A DNA stretch of 64,000 nt from Paramoeba atlantica (lineage: Eukaryota; Protista; Discosea): the NCBI GenBank assembly GCA_977017575.1, contig CDRNVI010000201.1, forward strand, positions 37,261-101,260, in the 5' to 3' direction. Of the stretch, positions 12,954-24,716 are shown one piece after another; position 1 is the stretch's first letter; each line of letters begins with the position of its first letter. Below the pieces are notes generated by a model. It was given only the letters and a program-made list of their open reading frames with translations, was not told where the DNA came from and did not search any database. Both the position numbers and the translations under genes were made by a program.

Positions 12954-14083
12954 TCACTCAAACCACCGTGGCAACTCATCAATTTTCATGATACAAAATG
13001 TCTGTCGCTCTCTCAATCCCTGAGCATTCTCATTTGTCACAAAAAAAAAAATGACTGTTCCCACTCCGACCAATCCTTGATCAAGATAATCCTCTCGATC
13101 ACCAACTGAGTGATTTTATGAAAAACAACATAATGAGGAAAGAGGGGTGAATGTTAATGGCTTGTTGATCAAGAGGATTATCTTGATCTTCAGTGAGACA
13201 AGAAACAGGGAAATGTCGATTTCTGAGCTGTTCAGTGACACAGTTAAACTATGTCATTGAACTTTCGGAGGTGAAGGGGGTTGACTGTGACCTTTGAAGC
13301 CATCTCAGCAACTTCACAAGGAAAAGTCACAGAACAAACAACAACTTGAGGTCGGGAAGGAGGATAATTGATCGTTGTTGGTTTTGTTGTTTCTGTTGTG
13401 GTGGTTGTTGGGAAATTCCAACTAAAGGAAAATATATCATCAAGTTGTTCTTTAAAACCACGAGAGAGAAGCTCGTCTGCTTCGTTGAGAACAATGACTT
13501 TGGTGTTTGAAAGATCAAAAACTTTTCTCCGCAAAAAATCAATCACACGTCCAGGAGCCCCAACCATTATATGTGGATTTTCTTTTACACTCTCAATCTG
13601 TTCTCTCATTGGGAAACTACCAACCAGAAGTAAAGAACGAACTCGAAGATAAATGCCAATTGAACAAACCTTGTGATGGACCAAATGAGCAACTCCTCTA
13701 CAGGGACAAAGGATCAGAGCTTGAGGAGAAGGAAGACAAAGAGAAGATGACGAAGAAGAAGAAGACGAAGAAGAAGAATCAAAACTGGTTCGGTGTAAAA
13801 CCCCAATGACAAATGAAGCAGTTTGCCCTGTCTCCCACGGAGCTTGAGAGATCACATGACGCCCATCCATGATTGGAAGAATGATCTTTTGTTCAACCCA
13901 AGACGGTCTTTCGAAACCACAACTGTAGATACCGCGTAAAAGATCATCAGAAACAAAAAGATCCTCGAAGAGGGTGATGTCTGGGTATGTGATCTCAGTA
14001 ATCTTTTTCCCTTTCAATGGCCTGATATTTCTGTCTTTGTTTTTGACGTTTTCTTCATGAACATTTTGAGAGGGAGCTGCCAT
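12954..14083 (-). pseudogene. Degenerate eIF4A-derived DEAD-box copy: open RecA1 ORF (13244-14083) plus frameshifted, deleted RecA2 remnant
   Basis: FEDLFVSDDLLRGIYSCGFERPS and LNEADELLSRGFKEQ match eIF4A. Downstream frames read VTEQLRNRHFPVSCL and REDYL...FVTNENAQGLRERQTFCIMKIDELP, which match the eIF4A C-terminal domain. Confidence 0.85.
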
Positions 14084-14301
14084 GTGGACAAAGAGTTGGA
14101 GAGAAACGATCTTTTTTTTTGAATTCCCAAACCTCTTCTTCCTCAAAAAAATAATTGGTGAAGGGAAAGCTTTTTTTAGCGCCCTTTTTTTTTGAAATCA
14201 ATTCAAAAATTTCGTTTGTTGACCTTTCTGGAACTCACCTCTGGGAGAAATTTGAGTTGTTCAAAAAGAGTTTCATCCCCCCCAAGGCTTTGATCCTATG
14301 C

Positions 14302-16224
14302 ATGAGGTGCCAATTCACTCTTCTTTTCCTCCTTTTCTTCTCCTTCATCTCTTCTTCTTCTTCTTCGAACAACAACGATTTGTGTTTTGAATACATTCTT
14401 CAAAATGAGTGTACACCTGTGTTGGGAGAAGTTTCGATCAACCAAAACGAACAACAAGACTTCTTTGACGAAAATGTTTCTTTGATTGTTTCAAATGTTC
14501 GAATGTTTGGCTCGAATTGTCGAAGACCATTTCTATCTTATTATTGCCAGTTGATGTTTGGTGGTTTTTTTTGTTCTTCTTCATCACCAGAAGAACAATA
14601 TTGTTTGGAAGATCAATTTTGTGTTCAAGTTTCTGATTTTTGTTCTGATGATTTCTCTTTGAATTGTTCTTCTTCTCTTTCTTCACCTTCACCTTCACCA
14701 TCACCATTGTTATTATCTTGTGAAGAGAAAGTAACAAAAGAGATTGAAGAAGTTGTTGAAACACCAATTAAAGTTCAAACTTGTTTGGATAATTCGAAAG
14801 AAGAAATTGAATGTTGTATTGGGCCTTATGTTTTTGATGATAATGATGAATGTGTTGTTCAATGTCCTCAATATATTTATGACAAGAATTTGGAACGTTG
14901 GATTCGACTTGTTGTCTTTACCTTATTCTTTGTTATGGTTCTTCTTTTTTTGATTGCGATCATCCCTTTTTACATGACAGACAATTTAAGGTTTTTCAAT
15001 TTTTTAATCTTTGAGTTTAATCAGAGAAAATAGAAAGAAAAAAGATTGAAGAGAAGAGAAAAGGAACCTTGATAACATTAAAATTGTGATGAGAATAGGT
15101 ACCCAAAGAGCATTTTTTTCATCTTTTTTGCTTTTTATCTTCTCTCTTTTACACCAAATACATGGATGATATTTAGTGGTATTTTTTTTCTCATTATTTT
15201 TTCTTCCTTCCTGTCTTAATTTTTTTGTCAAAGGAGGATTTGATTTCTATATTTGTGGAGATGAAACAAACTTTTGGAAAGCGATTGATCGTTATGGAAA
15301 CTCAACTCAAACCATTCTTCAATTTTCTTTTTGGATTCTCTTTGCGAACTGTGCTGCTTGCTTTTGGGCTCTCTTTTCGTTCAATTTGTTCTGTACTTCA
15401 GTAAGGTTGTTTTCTTTTTTGTTAAAACACAAAATTTTGATCCTTCAAAAACATACAAAGAGATTTTACATGAAAGATTCATATTTTTGTATCTTGCACA
15501 GACCTTTTACTACATACTTTGAGAAGTTCATCATGGAACCGGTCAATCCATTGATCAGTCTTTTCTTGCTTGGGTTTTGTCTTAGCTTTTCAGTTTCGGT
15601 CTTTCTGGGATGTGTTCTCTTTGCTTTTTTGGTGAACAATGATTCAAAACTCTTTACCCCTTCATCGGTGTATGCATTTCCGATTCCTGTTGACAGTACT
15701 TTCAATGTGTTTCAATATACATGCCTTGCCTTTGGTTTACTTGGGATAGCCATTTTTTTTTTGGTTATTTTCTTCTTTCTCAAACGAGGGAGACAAATTT
15801 TTTATTTTCAATGGTAAGGGGACTATTTTTGTTTTCGAGACATCTTTTTTTTTTTGTTCTTTTTTTTCTTCCTTCTTACCCTTGTTTTTATTTTGAAAGG
15901 AGGGCTGTTTTAGCTGGGTGTTTCTGGGTGATAGCATTAGTACTTTATGGATTAGATATCTTTCTTCCTGAGCCTTCAGATTCAATCATTGTTGATTATA
16001 CAAAATGTGTTGCTTCTCACCCACAAATCACCCCAACATCATGTTCACGAGAATATGAATCAGTAGATTTCAATCTTCTTGTTGACTTTCTTTTTGTGTT
16101 TTTGTTTCTGTTGTTGCTTGTGATTTCTTTTTTGACAAATGACCAAATGGTTGGTTGGTGGAAAGATTTGATCTTTCGAAAGTGCTTTTCAAAGTATGAA
16201 CAGTTAGAAGGTGAGAATCTTTAA
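14302..16224 (+). CDS. Frizzled/Smoothened-like CRD-7TM receptor, copy 1
   Basis: Signal peptide, 10-Cys cysteine-rich domain, linker ECC...ECVVQCP, seven hydrophobic segments over 4-5 exons, ECL3 YTKCVASHP...CSRE, C-terminal TNDQMVGWWK. Confidence 0.75.
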
Positions 16225-16683
16225 ATTGGAAAAGACCCCAAATAATTTAATGAAAAACTTTGTTCAAAACAAACAAACAAAAACATAAAAATTGAAAAAA
16301 AATAACTTTTTTTCCAAACCACACGAAAAGGAAAATGGGATTTGGGGGTCAAGTTTTTGGCACAACTTTGAATTTCAATTCACCAGATTTTGATTTTTGG
16401 TGTTTGGCTCTGAAAAGATATTTTGGTTAAAATGAAAATGTTGGGAGAAGAGAAAGAGGAGATGAGGGGAGGGAAAAAACCAAAGAAAAAGAAAAGAAAA
16501 AGAAAAGAGCTTAAGAGAGAAGAGAGACAAGGAAAAAGGAGAAAGAACCTTTGGGCCTCTTTCAAATTCCAATAAATACAAACAAAAAAATGATTTCTTC
16601 TTCTTTCCTATTTCTTTATTTCTTTTAAATACTTCTTTTCTCTCAAGTCAAAAGAGAGAAAAAGGGAGAAAATAAAAGAGAAA

Positions 16684-17902
16684 TTATCTCTTTGCAGGTT
16701 TGATTCCCAATCCAGCGCCTTCATATTCCTTCAAAGAAAAAATGTCAAAAAGAAACAGAAGAGAGAGAGAGAAAACAAGGAGAGAAAGAGAGGTAATAAA
16801 GGAGAAGAGAGAATAGAGAGAAAGAAAACCAAAATTTTCTCAGCTATTTCTAGATGTGGACCAAGGCTATTTCCTTCTTTTGCCAATTCAGCTGCTGTCT
16901 TTTAAATAAAAATGATTATTAAATAAATAAATTGAAATTATTCTTTTTCAAGAAGAAAGAGAAAGAAAAAAAGAAAGAGAAAAAATAGAAAAGAAGAACC
17001 TTTCTTTTGGCCCCTGGTTTCCCTTCGATCCCTGTTTTCAAGGAGGGATCTGCTCCTGTTTTTTTTAAAGAAAAAGAAATCAAAAGAAAAAGATAAAAAA
17101 GAAAGGAAAAATAATAAAAAAAAAGGAAATAAATAAAAGAAAAGATCCTCTCTCTCTCTTCTTAATGAACACTTGTTTCTCATTCTTTTTCTCTTTCTTT
17201 TTTTCTCAACCTGCATCTAACAGAACAATTGTTGTTTCTTCATGACCATTGAAAGCAGCAAGATGAAGAGGAGACCACCCATCCTGAGAGAAAAGAGAGA
17301 AGAGAGAAAAGAGAAAAGAGAAAAGAAAAGAGAGAAGAAAAAGAGAATGATTTTTGTTCAATTTCATTTTTCGAACAAAAATGTGAACCTCCTGTGGAAA
17401 AGATATTAGACAAAAAAATGTTTCTCTTTTTTTTCTTTTCTTCTCTCTTTCTCTTTCTCTTTCTCTTTCTTTTTCTTCTCTTCCCTTCCTTCTTCATTTC
17501 ATTTAAAATAGACACTCACAAAAAAAAAACCTTTTGAATGTTGACATTGGCTCCTTCTGCAAGCAAAAATCGAACCATTGCTACATTTCCATGGATTGCT
17601 GCTCTGTGCAATGGAGACTTTTTTGTTTTGTTTTTTTGTGTTTTATGTTTTGTTTTCAGAATTTGAATTTCATTTTGGTTCATTTTAGTGATATTATTTG
17701 AAAGAAAGTGAAAGTGAAAAACAAACATTCACTCCATTTTGCTACCAAAAAAACAAAAATGAGAGCGAGAACAAAGGCAAAAAGAGAAATCTCTGAAAAA
17801 AAAAAACACCTCAATTGGAGAGCCTTCATCGAGCAGTTTCTTGGCATCCTCAGGAGAGCCATCATAAGCAACGCTGCTCAGCGCGTTCAACTGGGCCATC
17901 AT
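16684..17902 (-). CDS. Small multi-exon ankyrin-repeat protein
   Basis: Exons MMAQLNALSSVAYDGSPEDAKKLLDEG, SPLHRAAIHGNVAMVRFLLAEGANVN, DGWSPLHLAAFNGHEETTIVLLDAG, TAAELAKEG; ends GLGIKPAKR*. Confidence 0.8.
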
Positions 17903-18113
17903 TTCCAAAAGTCTGTTCAAAAACAGAAAAGGGAGAAAAAGACAAATATTTCAGCATTTAAAAGGGGACACCACAAAAGGGACACCATAATTAACGCTGC
18001 TGTTGGGTGAGTTCTGTTGTTGTTTGGTTTTTGGGTTTGTTTTTTTTCTTTCCTGGTTTGACCCCCTTTGGAATCCGCCTGATGTGAATGAGGTGTAAAA
18101 ATTGGTCTTTTGG

Positions 18114-20098
18114 ATGAGGTGCCAATTCACTCTTCTTTTCCTCTTTTTTTTCTCCTTCATCATCTCTTCTTCTTCTTCCAACAACAACGATTTGTGTTTT
18201 GAATACATTCTTCAAAATGAGTGTACGACTGTGTTGGGGGAGGTTTCGATCAACCAAAACGAACAACAAGACTTCTTTGACGAAAATGTTTCTTTGATTG
18301 TTTCAAATGTTCGAATGTTTGGATCGAATTGTCGAAGACCATTTCTATCTTATTATTGCCAGTTGATGTTTGGTGGCTTTTTTTGTTCTTCTTCATCATC
18401 AGAAGAACAATATTGTTTGGAAGATCAATTTTGTGTTCAAGTTTCTGATTCTTGTTCTGATGATTTCCCTTTGAATTGTTCTTCTTCTCTTTCTTCACCT
18501 TCTCTTTCTTCACCTTCACTTTCTTCACCATCACTTTCTTCACCATCACCATTGTTATTATCTTGTGAAGAGAAAGTAACAAAAGAGATTGAAGAAGTTG
18601 TTGAAACACCAATTAAAGTTCAAACTTGTTTGGGGAATTCGAAAGAAGAAATTGAATGTTGTATTGGGCCTTATGTTTTTGATGATAATGATGAATGTGT
18701 TGTTCAATGTCCTCAATATGTCTATGGTGAGAAATTGGAGAAGATTCTCCGAATTGTTTCTGCTGTTTTTATTTTTATTACAATCATTATTTATGTGGTT
18801 TTGCTCACTCCTTTTTACATGACAGACAATTTAAGGTTTTTCTTTTTCTTTATTTTTGAGGGAGAAAAAGAAAAAAGAGAAACAAGAAATTGTTTTCAAG
18901 AGAAAAACGAAAATAGAATTGAGATTCAAAATTAAAAACAAAACAGATATCCAAATAATGTTCTTTTTATCTTATATGCATTTTACGTTCTCATGACTAC
19001 TGTCTTTATGTGGGCGTTTTTCGATGGTAAAAAATATTTTAATATTTTGTTTGATCTCATTTTTTTAATCCTGATTCATGCAGGTGGGCCTAAGAATTTC
19101 ATTTGTGGAGATGAAACAAACTTTTGGAAAGTAATTGAACATTATGGAAACTCAACTCGATCTATTGTTCAATATTCTCTCTGGATTCTCTTCTCAACTT
19201 GTTGTAGTAGCTCTTTTTGTCTCTTCTCATTCAATTTGTTTTGTAATTCAACAAGGTTTTTCCATTTTTCAACAATGAGTGCTCCAAGAAGTGTTTGCGG
19301 TGCTTGTGAAATTACAAATTGGATTTATATTTTTATTTTTTTTTTCACAGACCTTATACTTCACTTTTCGAAAAGTTTATCACCCCACCAGTTGACCCAT
19401 TGATTATTCGCTTGATAGTTGCCTTCTTTTTCTCCTTTTCAGTTTTGATGGTTTTGGGGTTTGTTCTTTTTGCTTATTTATTGCATGATGATTCGCAATT
19501 ACTTCTTCCACTCCCAGTTTTTTGGCTTCCCAATCCCACGAGTAAACGAGTTTTTTTTGTCTTTCAATCTTTCTTTCTCTTCACTTCTGTGATGGGGATT
19601 GTTTCCCTTTTAGTTGCGATCATTTTGTTTCTGAATCGAGGAAGACAGATTATTTATTTTCAATGGTAAGGATCTTTTTATTATTATTTTTTGATTCTTG
19701 GAAATTTCTAATTTTTTGTTATTTTTGACCCACCATCTTTTTTTTTTTTTGATAACAGGAGGTCGATTTTAGTTGGGTGTTTCTGGTTAACCATTTTTGT
19801 GCTCTATTTAACCACAATGATTCTTCCTGTCCCTTCAGGTCAAAAGATTGAAGATTATACAAAATGTGTTGCTTCTCACCCTCAAACAAACCCAACTTTA
19901 TGTTCTCGAGATTATGACCAACCGGGTTTCTTATTTGTTACTTACACATTGATTGGGTCTTTATTTACATTGTTTCTTCTTCATTCCATTTGGACAAATG
20001 ATCTTGTGATTGGTTGGTGGAAAAAACTTTTCTCAAGTCTAAATTCAAATTCAAAGTATGAACAATTAGATGATGGTGATGAGTTATCTTTGAATTAA
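18114..20098 (+). CDS. Frizzled/Smoothened-like CRD-7TM receptor, copy 2
   Basis: Same architecture as copy 1; CRD exon nearly identical at DNA level. Confidence 0.75.
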
Positions 20099-20312
20099 AA
20101 ATCTATAGTCTATGATGATTTTTCTTTAAATGAAAAAGATTTGTTTCTGGTCTGATTTTGAAAAAAATAAAGACAATTCACCAAAAACATGGTGTCCCCT
20201 TGTGGTGTCTTTTGACCTTTTCAAGAAATTCTTGTTTCTTTTTTTCTTTTTTTTCTCTGTTTTGCCGTTCTTTTCTCTCCGTTTTCTCCCCTTTGGAACC
20301 CACCCGATGTGA

Positions 20313-22242
20313 ATGAGGTGCCAATTCACTCTTCTTTTCCTCTTTTTCTTCTCCTTCATCATCTCTTCTTCTTCTTTTGGAAACAACAATTTGTGTTTTG
20401 AATACATTCTTCAAAATGAGTGTACACCTGTGTTGGGGGAGGTTTCGATCGACCAAAACGAACAACAAGACTTCTTTGACGAAAATGTTTCTTTGATTGT
20501 TTCAAATGTTCGAATGTTTGGGTCGAATTGTCGAAGACCATTTCTATCTTATTATTGCCAGTTGATGTTTGGTGGCTTTTTTTGTTCTTCTTCATCATCA
20601 GAAGAACAATATTGTTTGGAAGATCAGTTTTGTATTCAAGTTTCTGATTCTTGTTCTGATGATTTCTCTTTGAATTGTTCTTCTTCTCTTTCTTCACCTT
20701 CACTTTCTTCACCTTCACCATCACCACTGTTATTATCTTGTGAAGAGAAAGTAACAAAAGAGATTGAAGAAGTTGTTGAAACACCAATTAAAGTTCAAAC
20801 TTGTTTGGATAATTCGAAAGAAGAAATTGAATGTTGTATTGGGCCTTATGTTTTTGATGATAATGATGAATGTGTTGTTCAATGTCCTCAATCTATTTAT
20901 GGTGACAATTGGGAGAAGGGACTCAGAATCACAGCCTTTGTCTCGATTTCTTTTACGATTGTTATTTATGTGGTTTTGCTCACCCCTTTTTACATGACAG
21001 ACAATTTAAGGTTTTTCTTTTTCTTTATTTTTGAGGGAGAAAAAGAAAAAAGAGAAACAAGAAATTGTTTGAAAGAGAAAATTGAATTGAGATTCAAAAT
21101 TAAAAACAAAACAGGTATCCAAATAATGTTCTTTTTATTTTATATGGGTTCTTCCTTATCCTCTGTACATTTTTTATGTGGGTGGTATTTGCTGGTAAAC
21201 TTTGAAACTGCCCTTTTCTTTTCATTTTGATCAATATTTTTTTGTTTGGTCTCGTTTTTTAAAATTGGTTAATGCAGGTGGGCCTAAGAATTTCATTTGT
21301 GGAGATGAAACAAACTTTTGGAAAGTAATTGAACATTATGGAAACTCAACTCAATCTGTTATTCAATATTCTCTCTGGATTTTCTTTCTGAGTTGTTGGG
21401 GTAGCTCTTTTTGTCTCTTCTCATTTAATCTGTTTTGTAATTCAACAAGGTTTTTTTGTTTCTTCCCAAAATTAAAATGAAAGAGTTTTTCTGATTTCTA
21501 TTTCATTTCATCACAGACCTTATACTTCATATTTCGAAAAGTTTATCACCCAACCAGTTGATCCATTGATTATTCGCTTGATATTTGCCTTCTTTTTCTC
21601 CTTTTCAGTTTTGATGGTTTTGGGGTTTCTTCTTTTTGCTTATTTATTGCATGATGATTCGCAATTATTTCTTCCACTCCCAGTTTATTGGCTTCCCAAT
21701 CCCATAAGTAAGCGAGTCTTTTTTGTCTTTCAATCTTTCTTGATCATAACTCTTGTGGCTGGGATTGTTTTTCTTTTTCTTGCGATCATTTTGTTTCTGA
21801 AACGAGGAAGACAGATTTTGTATTTTCAATGGTAATGATCCTTTTATTATTTTAATCTTTAATTTTTTGTTATTCTGACCCACCATCTTTTCAATGACAC
21901 AGGAGGTCGATTTTTATTGGGTTTTTCTGGTTTACCTGTTCTGTGATCTATTCATTCACAATAATTCTTCCTGAGCCTTCAGGTCAAAAGATTGAAGATT
22001 ATACAAAATGTGTTGCTTCTCACCCTCAAACAAACCCAACTTTATGTTCTCGAGAGTATGAACAACTGGGTTTCTTATTTGTTAGTTACTTTTTGTTGGG
22101 AAATTTTTTTATGTTGTTGCTTCTTCATTCCATTTGGACAAATGATCTTGTGATTGGTTGGTGGAAAAAACTTTTCTCAAGTCTAAATTCAAATTCAAAG
22201 TATGAACAATTAAATGATGGTGATGGGTATTCTTTGAATTAA
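20313..22242 (+). CDS. Frizzled/Smoothened-like CRD-7TM receptor, copy 3
   Basis: Tandem paralog; 7TM part closest to copies 2 and 4. Confidence 0.75.
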
Positions 22243-22553
22243 AAATCTATAGTCTACCCATCTATCCATCTTCGCTCATCTTTTCCAAACATGTTGGTGA
22301 AAAAAACTTTGGCAAACAAAATAACAGTTATTTCAATTATTTCTGAAAATTTAATTCGAATTAATTCTTAAAATAAATTTATTTTGGGAGGCAAACTGAC
22401 CGAGACAGAAGGAGAAAAGAGTATTTTTTCGAAGAAATTTCCCTCAGTTTTCGAAAGCGGAATTTTCTTTTGTGTTTCTCTTTTCTTTTGTGTTTGGTTG
22501 TTTTGCCGTTCTTTTCCTTGTTTTTTCCCCCTATTGGAACCCACCCGATGTGA

Positions 22554-24494
22554 ATGAGGTGCCAATTCAATTTCCTTTTCCTCTTTTTCTTCTCCTTCAT
22601 CATCTCTTCTTCTTTCGGAAACAACAATTTGTGTTTTGAATACATTCTCAAAAATGAGTGTACGACTGTGTTGGGGGATGTAACAATCAATCAAAACGAA
22701 CAACAAGACTTCTTTGACAAGAATGTTTCTTTGATTGTTTCAAATGTTCGAATGTTTGGATCGAATTGTCGAAGACCATTTCTATCTTATTATTGCCAGT
22801 TGATGTTTGGTGGCTTTTTTTGTTCTTCTTCATCATCAGAAGAACAACATTGTTTGGAAGATCAATTTTGTATTCAAGTTTCTGATTTTTGTTCTGATGA
22901 TTTCCCTTTGAATTGTTCTTCTTCTCTTTCTTCACTTTCACCCTCTTCACCATCACCATCACCATCACCATTGTTATTATCTTGTGAAGAGAAAGTAACA
23001 AAAGAGATTGAAGAAGTTGTTGAAACACCGATTAAAGTTCAAACTTGTTTGGATAATTCGAAAGAAGAGATTGAATGTTGTATTGGGCCTTATGTTTTTG
23101 ATGATAATGATGAATGTGTTGTTCAATGTCCTCAATATGTCTATGGCGAGGTTTTTGAGAAGGTACTCAGAATCATTTCTTCTGTCTTTGTTTTGATTAC
23201 AATCATTATTTATGTGGTTTTGCTCACTCCTTTTTACATGACAGACAATTTAAGGTTTTTCTTTTCTTTATTTTTGAGGGAGAAAAAGAAAAAAGAGAAA
23301 CAAGAAATCGTTTGAAAGAAAATTGAAAGAAAAATAGAATTGAGATTCAAAATTAAAAACAAAACAGATATCCAAATGTTGTTCTTTTTATCTTATATGC
23401 ATTTTTCATTCTCATGACTACTCTCTTTATGTGGGCGTTTTTCGATGGTAAACAATATTTTAATATTTTGTTTGATCTCATTTTTTTAATCCTGATTCAT
23501 GCAGGTGGGCCTAAGAATTTCATTTGTGGAGATGAAACAAACTTTTGGAAAGTAATTGAACATTATGGAAACTCAACTCGATCTATTGTTCAATATTCTC
23601 TCTGGATTCTCTTCTCAACTTGTTGTAGTAGCTTTTTTTGTCTCTTCTCATTCAATTTGTTTTGTAATTCAACAAGGTTCTTTTGTTTTTCAATCATTCC
23701 CAAAATTAAAATTAATTTTAATTTTTTTGATTTCTATTTCATTTTATCACAGACCTTACACTTCATATTTCGAAAAGTTTATCACCCCACCAGTTGATCC
23801 ATTGATTATTCGCTTGCTATTTGCCTTCTTTTTCTCCTTTTCAGTTTTGATGGTTTTGGGGTTTCTTCTTTTTGCTTATTTATTGCATGATGATTCGCAA
23901 TTACTTCTTCCACTCCCAGTTTTTTGGCTTCCCAATCCCAGAAGTAAGCGAGTCTTTTTTGTCTTTCAATCCTTCTTTGCCTTCACTTCTGTGATGGGGA
24001 TTGTGTTCCTTTTAGTTGCGATCATTTTGTTTCTGAAACGAGGAAGACAGATTATTTATTTTCAGTGGTAAGGATCTTTTTTATTATTATTTTTTGATTC
24101 TTTTGGAAATTTCTAATTTTTTGTTATTTTTAACCCACCATCTTTTTTTTTTTTTGATAACAGGAGGTCGATTTTAGTTGGGTGTTTCTGGTTAACCATT
24201 TTTGTGCTCTATTCAATCACAATGGTTCTTCCTGAACCTCAAGGTCAAAAGATTGAAGATTATACAAAATGTGTTGCTTCTCACCCTCAAACAAACCCAA
24301 CTTTATGTTCTCGAGATTATGAACAACTGGGTTATCAGTGTGTCAGTTACTCTTTGTTGGGATTTTTATTTCTGTTGTTGCTTCTTCATTCCATTTGGAC
24401 AAATGATCTCGTGATTGATTGGTGGAAAGAACTTTTCTCAAGTCTAACTTCAAATTCAAAGTATGAACAATTAGATGATTTTTCTTTAAATTAA
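22554..24494 (+). CDS. Frizzled/Smoothened-like CRD-7TM receptor, copy 4
   Basis: Tandem paralog. The C-terminus DDFSLN* appears to be made by a short deletion between two gatgat motifs relative to copy 2. Confidence 0.75.
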
Positions 24495-24716
24495 AAAGAT
24501 TTGTTTCTGGTCTGATTTTGAAAAAAATGAAGACAATGGATCAACTATCTCATCCTGTCGAAATGTTGGTGTCCCTTGTTGGTGTATTTTTGGGAGAACA
24601 AATAAGGAAACTCGTTTTTTTGGTTGTTTCTCTTTTTCTGGATCGTTCTTATTGCCCGTTTCGTCTTTCGTTTGTTTTGTAATTGTTTCCCCCCCTTTGG
24701 AACCCACCCGATGTGA

